A DNA stretch of 64,000 bases, from assembly GCA_965217865.1 (NCBI GenBank), contig CBDCJO010000002.1, positions 2,496,001 to 2,560,000 on the forward strand, given 5' to 3'. Positions 11,080 through 22,902 of the stretch are shown in pieces. The notes under the pieces are model-generated. The model did no database searches. It was not told the DNA's origin and saw only the letters and a program-made list of their open reading frames with translations. The position numbers were made by a program, and so were the translations under genes. Numbering within the stretch: position 1 is the stretch's first letter; each line of letters opens with the position of its first letter. Source of the DNA: Candidatus Latescibacterota bacterium. GTDB taxonomy: Bacteria > Latescibacterota > UBA2968 > SICM01.

Positions 11080-11312
11080 TCGAGTTCTCGGCAAGAGGTG
11101 TGTAAAAAGGTCAGGCGGCCAGCTTCTTCCCGGAGTCGATAGTGGTCTTGTTGTGTCGCGGTGGTGCTGTGCGTAGACAGCCGTTAGCAGATGGGGTGCA
11201 TTGAGTCGTCGGAAGCGTTTTTCAGCGACCATCAGTGTGCGCCAGATCAGGGCGCTTGCGGCGGCGACCTTTTTGTATCGCTTGGCCGCGTTGGTTCTGA
11301 GGCGGACGGCAT
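11080..11312 (-). mobile_element. IS256-family 3' remnant
   Basis: VRLRTNAAKRYKKVAAASALIWRTLMVAEKRFRRLNAPHLL and terminal TTTACACACCTCTTG. Confidence 0.75.
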
Positions 11313-11366
11313 TGACCGAACCTGAAGAGGATTGACAAAAGAACTCAAACTGCCCGGAGGCTGCAG

Positions 11367-12323
11367 ATGAAGATGGTATGTCTGTTTATCATTTTAGTTC
11401 TTTTTCCTTTTGGTCCCGCAATAGAGGCAACGGATCTAAAAGATCTAATAAAGATATATGGAAGCATCCGTCCAGAAATTATCAGCCGTTCTCCAGAGAG
11501 CGGTGACGGTACTAGACGTATGGACGACGGATATTCACGGATGGGCATCAAGGGGAAGGCCACTTTATCCGAAAGCCTGTGGGGGTTTTATAAATACGAG
11601 CGCCGTGTCTCCTCGAATGACGGGGAAGACGATGGCGCCGTTCGTGGGGACAACAATGAACTGAGGCAGGTTCACGCAGGGATCGGCGGGAATTTCGGAA
11701 CCCTATCGATCGGTCGGCACTACGGATCCTATTATGACATCATTGACGATGAAATAGATCGCCATCGCAGCCATTACAGTGACGCGATTGTTTTCGGAGA
11801 TCTATTCGTGTCCAATTCGGTTTACTATCGTTCGCCGGAACTTGGGCCTGTGGAATTCGGTGTTCTGGTCGAACTCAACGACTCAGACAGCCAGGGAAAG
11901 TCGATCGATGAGCGCCTGGAACTAACCGGTACATGGCGCCACCAGGGTTTCGCCATTCACGCCGGATACGTGAACTCGCCATTCCACGAGGGTTTGTTCG
12001 GCATCGCATCCTCTTATCGATTTCGATCGCTGAATCTGGCCGGGGTCTATCAGAGAATCGAGAACACGGATAACAGCGAGGACACACTCGTGGGCTTAGC
12101 CGGGGACCTGGATCTCACACCTCTGAACAGCGTAAGACTCGCCGTGACATTTAAACGAGACGGTGACAATTCCGACCTCGATGAGGTCTATGTTATCTTC
12201 GGAGGAGATCACAGGTTTTCCGAGCATTTTATGGCTTTCGTAGAATTATTCAGGAAATCAACAAAGGTTCCGCAGCCTGGCGATGAATTCGCATTGATCT
12301 CCGGGTTCCGGTTTGATTTCTAA
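11367..12323 (+). CDS. Gram-negative porin
   Basis: Signal peptide, IYGSIR, SRMGIKG, RQVHAGIGGNFGTLSIGR, C-terminal GFRFDF. Confidence 0.85.
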   Translation: MKMVCLFIILVLFPFGPAIEATDLKDLIKIYGSIRPEIISRSPESGDGTRRMDDGYSRMGIKGKATLSESLWGFYKYERRVSSNDGEDDGAVRGDNNELRQVHAGIGGNFGTLSIGRHYGSYYDIIDDEIDRHRSHYSDAIVFGDLFVSNSVYYRSPELGPVEFGVLVELNDSDSQGKSIDERLELTGTWRHQGFAIHAGYVNSPFHEGLFGIASSYRFRSLNLAGVYQRIENTDNSEDTLVGLAGDLDLTPLNSVRLAVTFKRDGDNSDLDEVYVIFGGDHRFSEHFMAFVELFRKSTKVPQPGDEFALISGFRFDF

Positions 12324-12529
12324 CCTCAATCCGGCATTCCTGGGCTGCATTAAGGCACTTTATGACTCGTGTTTTAGAGGGCTCCGTGGCCCTATGATCG
12401 CGGAACCCTTCGCGATATGAAGTGGATTGTAGGATTGATCGACGCAAGAGCATCAAAGCCGAACCGTCCAAAAACTTACGCTCCCCGCAATTCAAACTGA
12501 GACACTACCAAAAGGAAGGAGTCGGTCTC

Positions 12530-13789
12530 ATGCGAAAACGCATCGTTTTTTCCGTCGCGGCGCTGATCGCCGTTCTTGCGACGCCGGGAAGTCCAACCAC
12601 ACCGCCACCGCCGGAATTCGAGCCCGGGCCGCTGGGTGCGGTCACTTTGGAGGCAGGCGAGGCCGTGCGGATCCGCATGCTGCTTTCGGTCACGGGCTGG
12701 CCGGCGGTGGGGGCCGTGTCCCGGCACGGGGCCGAGTTCGCCGTCGAGGACATGGGTCCCGTTCACGGGCGCCAAGTCGACCTGGGCGATCCGATTGACA
12801 CCAGTTGTTCGCCGGAAGGCGGCCGCGGAGGTGCGCTTGGAATCATCGGGGACTCGCAGGTGGCCGGCGTCATCGGAACAAACTGCTCGGCCGCGGCCGT
12901 GGCGGCGTCGCCCGTCATCAGCGACGCGGGCTTGGTCATGATTTCGCCGAGCAACACCTCGCCGCGGCTCACCTCCGACCTGGCCGGCAACGCGAACCCC
13001 GACTATCACGCCGGTTACTTTCGCGTGGCGTCCAACGATCTCCACCAGGCACGCGCCCTCTCGGACTTCATCTACAACCAGCTGGAGCTGCAGAGCGTGG
13101 CCACCGTTCACGACGGCGACCCCTACACGTCCGCCCTCGTGGCGGCGTTCGCCGACGCGTTTTCGGCCCTCGGGGGCAAAGTGCCGGCCCAGGCAGAAAT
13201 CGAGAAGGGTGACACCGACATGACGGAGGTTCTGGAGCAGTTCGCGGTCGCCGGCCCGGACGCCATCTTCTTCCCGCTGTTCATCACGGAGGGATCGGCC
13301 TTTGCCGCGCAGGCCCGGGCCTTCGACGGGCTTGAAGGGACGACCCTGATTTCAGCGGACGCGCTGCTGGTCTCCGCGTTCCTGGAAACGCCACAGTCGG
13401 AGGGGATGTATTTCTCGGGGCCGGAATCGGACTTTCACTCAAACGTCAACGAGGTGACAGGACGGAGCGGGGAGCAGGTTCTCGCCGCGTTCGAAGCCAG
13501 GCACGGCGGGTTCCCCGGGTCACCCTATTGGGCGCACGCCTACGATGCGACCACCATCCTCCTCTCTGCCATCAAGGCCGTTGCCGTGGAGGACGGTGAC
13601 AGGCTGCACATAGACCGGGCGGCACTGCGCGAGCAGGTGGGGGCAACCGCTATGAGCGGCCTGGTCGGGACGCTATCCTGCGACCGGTTCGGCGACTGCG
13701 GCACGGGACGGATGAACATCTACCACCACACGGTCAGGAGCGTCACCGACGTTTCCAAGCTGTCGGTGGTCTACGTATACAGGCCCTGA
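12530..13789 (+). CDS. Branched-chain amino acid ABC transporter substrate-binding protein (LivJ/LivK-like), orphan
   Basis: Signal peptide, VIGTNCSAAA, MISPSNTSPRLT, YFRVASND, AHAYDAT. Confidence 0.88.
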   Translation: MRKRIVFSVAALIAVLATPGSPTTPPPPEFEPGPLGAVTLEAGEAVRIRMLLSVTGWPAVGAVSRHGAEFAVEDMGPVHGRQVDLGDPIDTSCSPEGGRGGALGIIGDSQVAGVIGTNCSAAAVAASPVISDAGLVMISPSNTSPRLTSDLAGNANPDYHAGYFRVASNDLHQARALSDFIYNQLELQSVATVHDGDPYTSALVAAFADAFSALGGKVPAQAEIEKGDTDMTEVLEQFAVAGPDAIFFPLFITEGSAFAAQARAFDGLEGTTLISADALLVSAFLETPQSEGMYFSGPESDFHSNVNEVTGRSGEQVLAAFEARHGGFPGSPYWAHAYDATTILLSAIKAVAVEDGDRLHIDRAALREQVGATAMSGLVGTLSCDRFGDCGTGRMNIYHHTVRSVTDVSKLSVVYVYRP

Positions 13790-14084
13790 GCCGGTAGGCG
13801 GGCCAGTTTCCGGGGATCGTCCAGGCGATCCGACGGCCACCGGGGCTACGTGGCGGGTTCGAGCGGATGCCGGTGTCCGGTCACCCGGAACTTGAAGTTC
13901 TTGTCGGGGCAGACCTTGGGCAGCGAACTCAGCTTGAGCCGGTAGTTTTCGGGCGCCAGTTCAAGCTCCAGGTGTTCGGGAGTTTTGGGGGGGATTCCGC
14001 AACCCGAAACGTAAAGGGTGATCACAGGGGTGACGGAGGACGTTCTATGGAATACGTAACACACAGTATATCATAGATTTAAAG

Positions 14085-14211
14085 CTTATATGACGGCGGA
14101 CTGGGCCGCCTACCTCGCCGGCGAGACTCTGGAACCGGAGGCCGCGCCGAGCCGCCGAAGGACCTCCGTCGATCCTCGAGCGCTGGCCGATTCCGCAGCC
14201 GAGAACCATTA
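14085..14211 (+). pseudogene. Tyrosine integrase extreme C-terminal fragment
   Basis: MTADWAAYLAG resembles the LMxxWAxYL tail of P4-type integrases. Confidence 0.4.
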
Positions 14212-15598
14212 GCGGCTCGGACCATGATCCCGCTCTCGCCCACGCTGGCGCATCAGGTCCAGCGCCCGCATCCATTGGGATCGAAGCAGGACGGCGGCCT
14301 GTCCTTCGCCCCGTCAGCGGGGACTCGAGCGGGTGTCGGAGACGCCAAGGCCCGGTCCGGGGCAAAGGGCTCCTGTCCATGGGCTGGGTTAGGCCTTCGC
14401 CAACGGAAGCGTGTGGTACTCCGAGGAACCACCGAGAGCCCGTGGCGCCTCTTATCTCAACTCGCGGTTGGTTGAGGCGGCGAGTTGGCTGCACACCATA
14501 TCCTCCATCACCGAACGGGAATCCATTGGACCGTTGAAGACGTTCGCGGACAGGTTGGTCTGGGCTGGGACCGCAACAAGAAATCTGGATCTCGGATTTG
14601 GATCGATAGTATAAATCCCAGTTAAGAGCTAGAATCTGAAGCAAGAGAATGGTCTGCCGACGAGTTAGGGATGCAGGATCTAACGCATCTAGCAACGTAG
14701 GACGTGGAGTTGTGCAAGGATTTGAACCATGTGGCAAGTGAGTCCGAATCCTTGATTCCTCATCGGAACTGTCAGTTGCGCCAGGTAGTACCCTGGGGAA
14801 CTTAACTACTCCGAGCCACTCAAGTATCTTGCGGTGTTTGGCGTTCTCATGATCGCGCCGAGCCCATGCCACACCTTCGACCCCCTTATACAACTCAGCA
14901 ATACTCTTCTCTCCCCACGCCGGACCAAAGTATGCTTTTCCCGCCTCAACGGGTTGAGCCATCTGCCCACCCTCAATATCGGCGAGGATAGGACAGCGCT
15001 TGAGTCCTGGCGGCGGCCTCTCGAAGCACTCATGCCAATCCCGGGCAAGAAGTAGATCGACGAACTGCTCAAAATGGTCTCCACCGTCATCCCAATATCG
15101 ATTGATTGCACTGATCAACGCATGGAAAATGACCTTCTCTGAGAATTCTTGGATCCCGAAATTGGTGCATAGGGCCTTAGTGGAATTGTCTTGGTGGGGA
15201 TCAGCAAGTTTTCTACCAAACCAGTCGTCCACAAGACTAATTGGGAGCCACTCCGGCAGACACACTGGCACGGCATTGCCGTGCCAGGTGACAGCTTGGT
15301 CAGATTGTGCATTCATGGAGTGAAGTTGCCCATCCAGCGGAACGAGTGGCAGTACCTTCGACTGCCTCAAGCGCTCCTTGCGTTCCTCTTCCTGCCAATT
15401 TGTTTTGTCGGCTACCCAAGCGGCGACCCACTCCCAAGCAGTCCATATCCATACGGGGTCGCCCGTATTCGTTGGTGCAGCCTCGCTGATCGCCGTCAAG
15501 ACGTCACGGTCTGTAACAGCTTCGCAGCCGAGAGCCTTGAGAGCTTTTCGAGCCTCGCCATCCTTGTCCAGCGCCTCGTGCAGTAAGATGGAGCCTAG

Positions 15599-17121
15599 CA
15601 GCCTGTTGAAAAAGTGCGTTTATGCCAAGATGACTGTTGTCTTTCCTTGTGGTTTGGTCCTATGATATATCAGGTTCAAACTGAGAAGGGAGGACGAGCA
15701 AATGGCAATGGGAAAACGAGGCCGACAGAGACAGGAAAACCTGTTCATCGCATCGAACACTTTGGTGAAATCTCCGGGTCATCCGTTCTACGAGAAGCTG
15801 AATCAGGTATTGGGGGCGAACGGCTTCGACGAGTTCGTCGAGGGGCTTTGCCAGCGGTATTACGCTCCTCATATGGGTCGCAAGGGCATTCCGCCCGGGG
15901 TTTATTTTCGGATGCTTTTGATTGGGTATTTCGAGGGACTTGATTCGGAACGTGGGATCGAATGGCGTGTATCTGACTCGCTGACGTTGCGCCGGTTTTT
16001 GGGGTATGCCCTTGACGAACAGACCCCGGATCATTCCAGCCTGTCTCGCATCCGGCATCGGCTTCCCTTGGAAGTTCACGAAGCGGTTTTCAAGTGGATC
16101 CTGAGGGTCTTGTGCAAAGCGGGTCTGGTGAAGGGGAAGACGTTGGGCGTGGATGCTACGACACTGGAGGCCAACGCCGCGATGCGCAGCATTGTACGCC
16201 GTGACACGGGTGAAGGCTACCAGGCATTCCTTGAGAATCTGGCCAAGGCCTCGGGCATTGAAACGCCTACCCGCGAGGACTTGTCCAAGATCGATAAGAA
16301 GCGACCGAAGAAGGGATCGAACCAGGACTGGGAGCACCCGCACGACCCGGATGCCAAGATCGCTAAGATGAAGGACGGTCGCACGCACATGGCGCACAAG
16401 GTGGAGCACGCGGTGGATCTGGACACCAATGCCATTGTGGCAGTGGCGTTGTCGGGAGCAGATGAAGGAGATACCGAGTCGTTGCCCTGGACGCTCGAGG
16501 CGCAGCTCAATCTCAAGCAGGTCGCGAAGGACGAAAAAGCTGCCAAACGTTTGCACAGACAGCGTATACGGGAGGTGGTTGCGGACAAAGGATATCATAG
16601 CAACGATGTATTGACCAGTCTGAAGCAAGGCGGCATCCGGAGTTACATTTCAGAACCGGATCGGGGACGCCGCAAGTGGAACGGCCGACGAGATGAGCAG
16701 GCCGCGGTATATGCGAATCGACGCCGGATCAAGGGAGATCGCGGCAAGGCCTTGCGCCGAAGTCGTGCAGAACGGGTGGAAAGAACCATCGCTCACACAT
16801 ATGATACCGGTGGCATGCGCAGGTTGCACTTGAGAGACCGCGGCAATATCCTCAAGCGTTTGCTGATCCACATCGGGGGCTGCAACCTGGCTCTGCTCAT
16901 GCGCAAAGTGATGGGCGTAGGTACTCCGAAGGCCCTCCAGGACCTGGCCAAGGCCTTGCAGCGTCTACTGCTCGTCCTACAATCACGTTTGCTGCCCTCG
17001 GTCACCTTTTTAACCTCTTATCAGCGTCTCCTGCTCAATCTCCTTACCTTGATTTATCTGACCCGCACTCCAGGCGTCTTTTCCGTTTATGTGCGTTGAA
17101 AGGTAGTTCTTCAACGGGCTG
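15599..17121 (+). mobile_element. IS1182/IS5-like insertion sequence, complete, CTAG target duplication
   Basis: Inverted repeats CAGCCTGTTGAA / TTCAACGGGCTG flanked by CTAG (15595-15598 and 17122-17125). Confidence 0.9.
15702..17099 (+). CDS. DDE transposase (DUF772 plus DDE_Tnp_1)
   Basis: GLDSERGIEWR, TPDHSSLSRIR, GVDATTLEANA, VVADKGYHS. Confidence 0.9.
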   Translation: MAMGKRGRQRQENLFIASNTLVKSPGHPFYEKLNQVLGANGFDEFVEGLCQRYYAPHMGRKGIPPGVYFRMLLIGYFEGLDSERGIEWRVSDSLTLRRFLGYALDEQTPDHSSLSRIRHRLPLEVHEAVFKWILRVLCKAGLVKGKTLGVDATTLEANAAMRSIVRRDTGEGYQAFLENLAKASGIETPTREDLSKIDKKRPKKGSNQDWEHPHDPDAKIAKMKDGRTHMAHKVEHAVDLDTNAIVAVALSGADEGDTESLPWTLEAQLNLKQVAKDEKAAKRLHRQRIREVVADKGYHSNDVLTSLKQGGIRSYISEPDRGRRKWNGRRDEQAAVYANRRRIKGDRGKALRRSRAERVERTIAHTYDTGGMRRLHLRDRGNILKRLLIHIGGCNLALLMRKVMGVGTPKALQDLAKALQRLLLVLQSRLLPSVTFLTSYQRLLLNLLTLIYLTRTPGVFSVYVR

Positions 17122-18102
17122 CTAGGGGAGTGTTCCTCAGAACTTCGCGCGCTTTGTTTGGCGCAACTGAGACACTAAGCAGACGAGCGTCATTACAACG
17201 GAGCTCCAATTCGCCTCCAGCATCGGGTAAGCGAAGATGTCTCTTCCCGTAATTAGCGATTCTACCCCATAGAGTATCTGCTACATGATGGTTTCCAAGG
17301 TCTTTGAGTGGTAAAAGGAGTCGAAGGTGCCTCGCTGGATCGGTCCGGTCGAAATGGCTCTGTACGAACTCGACAAAGAGCGTTGCAATTTTCTCGGCTA
17401 CCCAATCGTTAAGACTTCCAGCTTGAATAGGCATGAGACTCGTGCGATCGCTTTTAACCAGAAACTCAGCATGGAGTAATACTCGTACGGGAGAAAGGTC
17501 TCTTTCTGCAGGATAGAAAACATGAACGGGCAGGTATTGGTCCACAGTGCGAATTCTGCCCGTTCTGTCTTGTGGCGACGCAACGAGGAAACTTATACCA
17601 TCATGGGCTACACGATCGCGTTCGTCATCGTCGAGGTCGGTAAGAATATCAACCGGAGGAACTTCTGATCTTTTTTGCACGCGCCAAAAAACTGGCTTTT
17701 CCGTCCGAGTATCGGTTACCGACCATAACCCATCGCGATGTTCGGTTACGTGTAGCGAGAAGCCCTGTCCCTCTTGACGCCGGACTTTGAGCTTCCGCAG
17801 GTGCACGAATGGAAGTAGACCATGTGAAGGAAATGCGTTCAGCGATTCCGGATCGCCAGCACTCGGAAGCTGCACAACCGTAGAAAATCTCCGCAATTCT
17901 TTAAGAACTGGGTCACGTTCTTCCTCGTCGTTTCGTGAAACGAAGAATGGCAACCATTGGTGAGGAACACCTTTGTCGAGAGGCAGCCTGTTCTCGTCTA
18001 GCCAGTGCCTGGCCTTCTTCCCGCAGAATTCGATTCCTTCACCGTTCACCGTGAAAATGAGGGGATTTGGGGACTCAGACCCGGATGGGGCAGGATACTC
18101 TC

Positions 18103-18829
18103 CGGCTGTCGCCCCCAATTTGCCGTCTGTCCGTGTGGAACTATGGCGTGAGACAGTGGCGACCGCCTCCGACCTTTCAAGTCCTTCTCCGGGAAACAGA
18201 TCGCCAGGTTTTGAGGGCGCAGGGTGGCTCATGGCGATTGAGGGATGACAACTTGTGGAATTTGATTCCGTTGGGAGATTTCTGGCGTGGGTCAGTGGCG
18301 AGACAGTGGCTCGAGACACCTCGAGGCAGCGTTGAGGGCACAGATCCGGCCCGTGTGCGACTTTTTTTCTGAATCCGGGAACACAAAGGGGGGACGCGAC
18401 CTCCACAAAACGGGCGGCACGGCACAGACGGCACGTGGGCGAAGTGAGAAGGTCCCGGTCCCGTGGATTTGCGGCCCGGGACCTCACTCGTGATCGGGGT
18501 CGAACATCTCGAGAGCCCGAGCTTCGGCTTCCTCGCGAGTCATTCCACCCTCATGCTCCATGATCCCCGCGCGTTCATCGAACGCCTTGATGTCATCCTC
18601 CGTAGATGTCGCCGCAGTGTTGGGGGGATCAAAGCGTGACACCGTGACATTCTTTTGTTTACAAGGACTTACATGATGTTCAAAGCGTGACATCGTACCA
18701 TCCATGTTACGCTTTGAAGGGGGAGATATGTGCGCGTTCGGCTTGGAAACATCGTCCGAGTTCCTCCAGGTAGCTATCCCAATGCAGAGAAGAACGCTTC
18801 CCACAGGTAGCCCTTTCCCCTTGCCGGCC
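18103..18829 (+). repeat. ~0.7-kb direct repeat, copy 2
   Basis: Matches 7444-8152. Confidence 0.93.
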
Positions 18830-19195
18830 CATCCCTTAAAGTCTCCGTTTGGATCCCGTATTTCTTCAAGAGCTTTCCCCGAACATGGGATGAGATCGGA
18901 TTCCCGTTCTTCCAGTTGCCCCAGGGTCTTTCTTCAAGCTTGTGCAGGTATTCGTCCAGATCCTTTGAAAGAATGCGATCCGGTGAGATCTTTCGCCGTT
19001 TCCAGTTCGTTCTTGTACAGGGTCCGCAGATCGGCCAGCAGCAATTGATTCCCTATATTATCATCCTCGGGCTTGCTCCGCATCTTCATTGAGCGGACCG
19101 CCTGGCGCGCCCGCTGGGGCCAGTCGCCGCCCAAAAGGTCGGCCACCTTCACCAGTTCACGACAGTTGTCTTCCTCCCGGTCGTTGAGAGATCCA
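18484..19195 (-). pseudogene. DUF3631-like protein, degraded (stops and frameshifts)
   Basis: LNDREEDN..ELVKVADLLGGDWPQRARQA..LLLADLR continuing into the GKGYLWEAF tail. Confidence 0.6.
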
Positions 19196-19545
19196 CCCGG
19201 GTCAGGTGGCGACAGGCCAGATGGTTGGCCAGGTCGGTTGCAGACAGTCGGGGATGGTTGTTGAGGACTTTCAAGGTGCCACTGAAATAGAACGTGAAAT
19301 AATAGCTGGTGATGGATGGCGAGTTGAAAGATTAGTTCAAGTCATTGAATCTTTCAATATCTGTTCTCAGTAGATAGCGGGGTGTCTTGCGCCGAGGAGT
19401 TCCATTCAGTAAGTGATGAGGCACTAAAGTGTACTTGGCTAGAAAAATTGTAGCAATACTTAGGGCAAGGAAGAACCCTCACTCAACTCGGAGAGAGGCT
19501 GTGCTCCACAAGTAAATCCTCGGGTAATCCCTTACGCAAAGAATC

Positions 19546-21110
19546 TGTATCTATTCTGAGATAACAAGAGAAAAGCAGATAAAGGTCCAAGCAAGATTCA
19601 GGCAGCCTTGTGGATGGTCTGGGATGTTCTTTGCCGATTGATTTCTATGCGGCGCTGCCGAGCCTCCTCCTTTCGACCTTGTCGGTGGTGAAGAATCTTT
19701 TGATGCTGGCCTTTATGCCTCTGAAGAGGCGTGACATACTGTATTGCCCCGTGATAGCGTTCGGCGTTGTAGCTGTGAATGAAGGAATCAATCAGGCCTT
19801 CCAGTTGATGGAATGTGAAGATGTCCTGGAAGCGCAGCCAGTCGTATTTGAATGTCCGGAAAAAGGCTTCGATCCAGGCGTTGTCCGTGGGTGTTTGATA
19901 TCGGGCAAACAGCTGCGAGATGCCCAGGTCCTTGAAGAATTGGGCCATCGATTTGGCCTTCATCTGAGATCCGTGATCTGAGAGGGCTGTCAAGCTTATG
20001 GGCCCAGTGTCCAGGTCCAGCAGTCCTTCGTTGGCAAGGGCTTGATCCCAGGCCTGTTTGACCTGCTCCACGGTCGCGTTGAAGGAGAGCTTCCATCCTA
20101 CGATCTTCCTGGAATACACGTCGAGAATGGCGGTAAAATACAGGAACAAACCGAAAAATGGGATGTAGGTCAGGTCCCAGCTCCAGACCTGATTAGGACC
20201 TTCAGGTTTGACCTGGGGCTTGCTCTGCTTGACCGGCGTCCTCACCTGTTTCCTGCGTGCCAGACGTTCTTTCCTGGCCTGTCGGTAGAAGCTGGAGGCC
20301 GAGGCCTGCACTACCCCCTTCTCTGAGGCTACCACCGCCAGCTGATGGGGAGGCAGATCGGCATAGGTCTCATCCCTTAAGAGGGCCGAGATTTGCTCTT
20401 TCTCCTCCCTCAGCAATCCGTGTGGGGCCTCATCAGGGGCGGGCCCGGGCTTCCCATCCAAAAGCGGGTCCGACACCCCATCCAGCTTCTCTTCTCGATC
20501 TCGCCGGCTCCAGGCACAATACCGCTGGAGGGGAAGCTGTAGGATCTCGCAAGAACGGGTGAGTTTCACCCCTTTCTCCTTGGCCCGATGGACCATTAAG
20601 AGGATCTCGCGTTTGACCTCAGCTTGCACCCGGTGGCCCTTGATCGGGCCTGTCAGATCCCATTCACACTTTTTTTTAGCAGGGAAAGTTCCACAGATTG
20701 CTCAATGATCGTTTGCTCCAGGCGTGCCCGCTCTTTGCGCAGCTGCTCCACCTCCTCAGCCGATACCATCGGCTTGCGGCTCCGGCGACCCTTGAACTCC
20801 TTGAGGGCCCCGGACTTGACCGACTCACGAATACGCTTTAGATCCGAGGAATGAATGCCCCATTTCCGCAGCACCTGTGCAATGGGAACATCTCCCCGGC
20901 TGGCTTCAAGGAAAATCTCATACTTCTGTTCCGGGGACAAGCTCCTGCGCTTCTTGACCGGGTCACTGTTTGAGGACAGTTGCTCCATCTTTACTCCTCC
21001 TGTGAGGTCAGGGATATCCCAAAATATGTATCCCTTCTCAACCCTACAGGCAACCAGGATCTTGCTTCGACCTTGCCCCCGTTTTTTCGGGCGATCTCAG
21101 ACAAAAGATA
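19546..21110 (-). mobile_element. IS3-family element, copy 1 (1565 bp)
   Basis: orfA plus rve orfB; imperfect inverted repeats TGTATCTATTCTGAGAT / ATCTCAGACAAAAGATA; near-identical to 24025-25589. Confidence 0.92.
19598..20988 (-). CDS. IS3 transposase OrfAB (orfA 20653-20988, orfB 19598-20629), probable programmed -1 frameshift
   Basis: WSWDLTY, SDHGSQ, DNAWIEAFFRTFK; A8G slippery run at the end of orfA (~20669-20677). Confidence 0.85.
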
Positions 21111-21229
21111 AGCAGGCAGGCATGATGAATAAGAGCCAGGCGACAAATACCGCCCTGTCCGCGGACCTGCTCGTGGCTGCCCTCACCGAGGCTGAGAGCA
21201 AGACGCTGGCAGCCGAGGACAAATGGTTC

Positions 21230-21770
21230 GCCATTATCCGAGCCGCCATCGAGGGCGCGCCCCGCTGCCGGCGGCTGCCGCTGGAATGCTCGCTGGGGAC
21301 CAGACCGCCAAAGGCCATCAGCTGGCGCGGCGAGTCAAAGCGGGTGAGGTCCCCCAGTTCAGCCAGGGTCGTGACGGCGGTGAGCGTGTCTACGCCGCGC
21401 AGGGCCATCAACCCGCGCGTCTCACCCTCCCGAGACCACCCCTCGAGCGTCTGCTGCAGCGCCTGGTCCAGCCCCTTGATCCGGGCCTGGGCTTCCTTTA
21501 CCGCGTCCAACTGCGTCTCAGGGGCGGCCAGCTTGCCCACCAGCTTGGACAACGCTTCACCCGTAGACGGTATCGTGCCATAAAGCTTCGGTCCTTCCTG
21601 ATCCCGACCGGCAAGCGCAACGGTGATCGAATCTTTGTGTATGTCCAACGCCACAACTTTCGTAGATTTACGCATGGCCTCCTCCTTCTCGCTGGGGATA
21701 GGTCTTTGGATGAACTTCCGTTTTCCCAAAGATAACCCCCGATCACCGAGATCGGAGGAGGTCTTTCATA
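21230..21770 (-). mobile_element. IS110-family remnant, internally deleted
   Basis: VALDIHKDSITVA (DEDD domain) fused directly to ALRGVDTLTA..GLVPSEHSSG (Tnp20 domain). Confidence 0.75.
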
Positions 21771-21822
21771 TACTCGTCAATACATAAAGTCTGGAATATC
21801 CAGCCAAATCTGGAGCAGACCT

Positions 21823-22902
21823 ATGACAACGCCCGTTACCGCCGCAATGCTCTATGACCTTGTGGCCTGTCCGCACCGCGTGACGATGGACCTCTTCGGC
21901 GATCCGGGCGAGCGGGACCACCCGAACTCTTTTGTTGAGTTGCTTTGGAAGCGCGGCGCCCTCTACGAACATGAGGTTATGGAAGGGCTGGACATACCCT
22001 TCCTCGATCTCTCTTCCTTCGCCGAAGACGAAAAAGAACGGCGGACGCTTGAAGCTATACGCCGTGGAGAACCGCTGATTTACAGCGGCCGCATTCAGGC
22101 TGACGGACTCCTCGGGAATCCGGATCTTCTGCGCAAGGAGAGCAATGGTTATTCCGCCGGCGACATCAAATCGGGTGCTGGAGAAGAAGGCCCGGAGGAT
22201 CTATCGAAGCCCAAGAAGCACTATGCCGTTCAACTCGCGCTGTACATGGACATCCTTGAGCGCAGGGGCTTGTCCGCTGGCCGCTGCGGCTTTATCTGGG
22301 ATATTAACGGCGACGAGGTGATCTACGAATTCACCGAACCGTACGGAAAGCGTAACGCACGCACACTCTGGCAGGACTACCAGGAATGCCTCGCCGAAGC
22401 GCAGGCAATCGTCGCTAGGAAGTCAGAAACTCTCGCGGCTTTCAGCGGAGTCTGCAAGCTCTGCCACTGGTACAATGCCTGCCTTGATCAACTCACCGCA
22501 GCGGACGACCTGACGCTGATCCCGGATCTTGGACGGTCCAAAAGGGACGCCATGATTGGCCATGTGGCGACTATCAGGGATTTTGCCGTAGCCGACCCGG
22601 CGCGGTTTATGGCGGGCTCGAAGACGATCTTTCCCGGCATAGGTCCTCCGACGCTTGAGAAGCTACACGCCCGCGCTAGGCTGATCGCCACAGGCGAGGA
22701 CGCCAAGCCGTATTTTCGGAAGCGAATACCGCTGCCGACTGCGGATCTGGAGTTGTTTTTCGATATCGAGGTCGATCCTCTCCGCGACATTTGCTACCTG
22801 CACGGTTTCGTCGAGCGGCGCGGCGGCGAAAATGAAACAGAGCGGGGGGAAAGGTTAACGAAGCCTATACGAATAGTCGATGAAGAACCTTGCAACCATT
22901 GA
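21823..22902 (+). pseudogene. TM0106-family RecB-like nuclease, C-terminally truncated
   Basis: CPHRVTMD, GNPDLLRK..AGDIKSG, QLALY, CKLCHW..C; the RNase H-like LFFDIEVDP domain stops after ~25 aa. Confidence 0.8.

Larger units (their letters stand above)
14570..18075 (-). pseudogene. Sacsin-like large protein, internal fragment interrupted by an IS
   Basis: VHVFYPAERDLSPVRVLLHAEFLVKSDRTSL..NDW; removing the IS and one CTAG restores the frame (LRNTPL|GSILLHEAL); both ends are missing. Confidence 0.65.

Noticed and set aside
7444-18829. Diversity-generating retroelement TR/VR pair
   Set aside because: No reverse transcriptase; the repeat is too long and the differences include indels and are not adenine-specific.
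21823-22902. Cas4 or a CRISPR adaptation module
   Set aside because: The RecB-like nuclease is followed by HhH- and RNase H-like segments typical of TM0106, and there is no cas1, cas2 or array.
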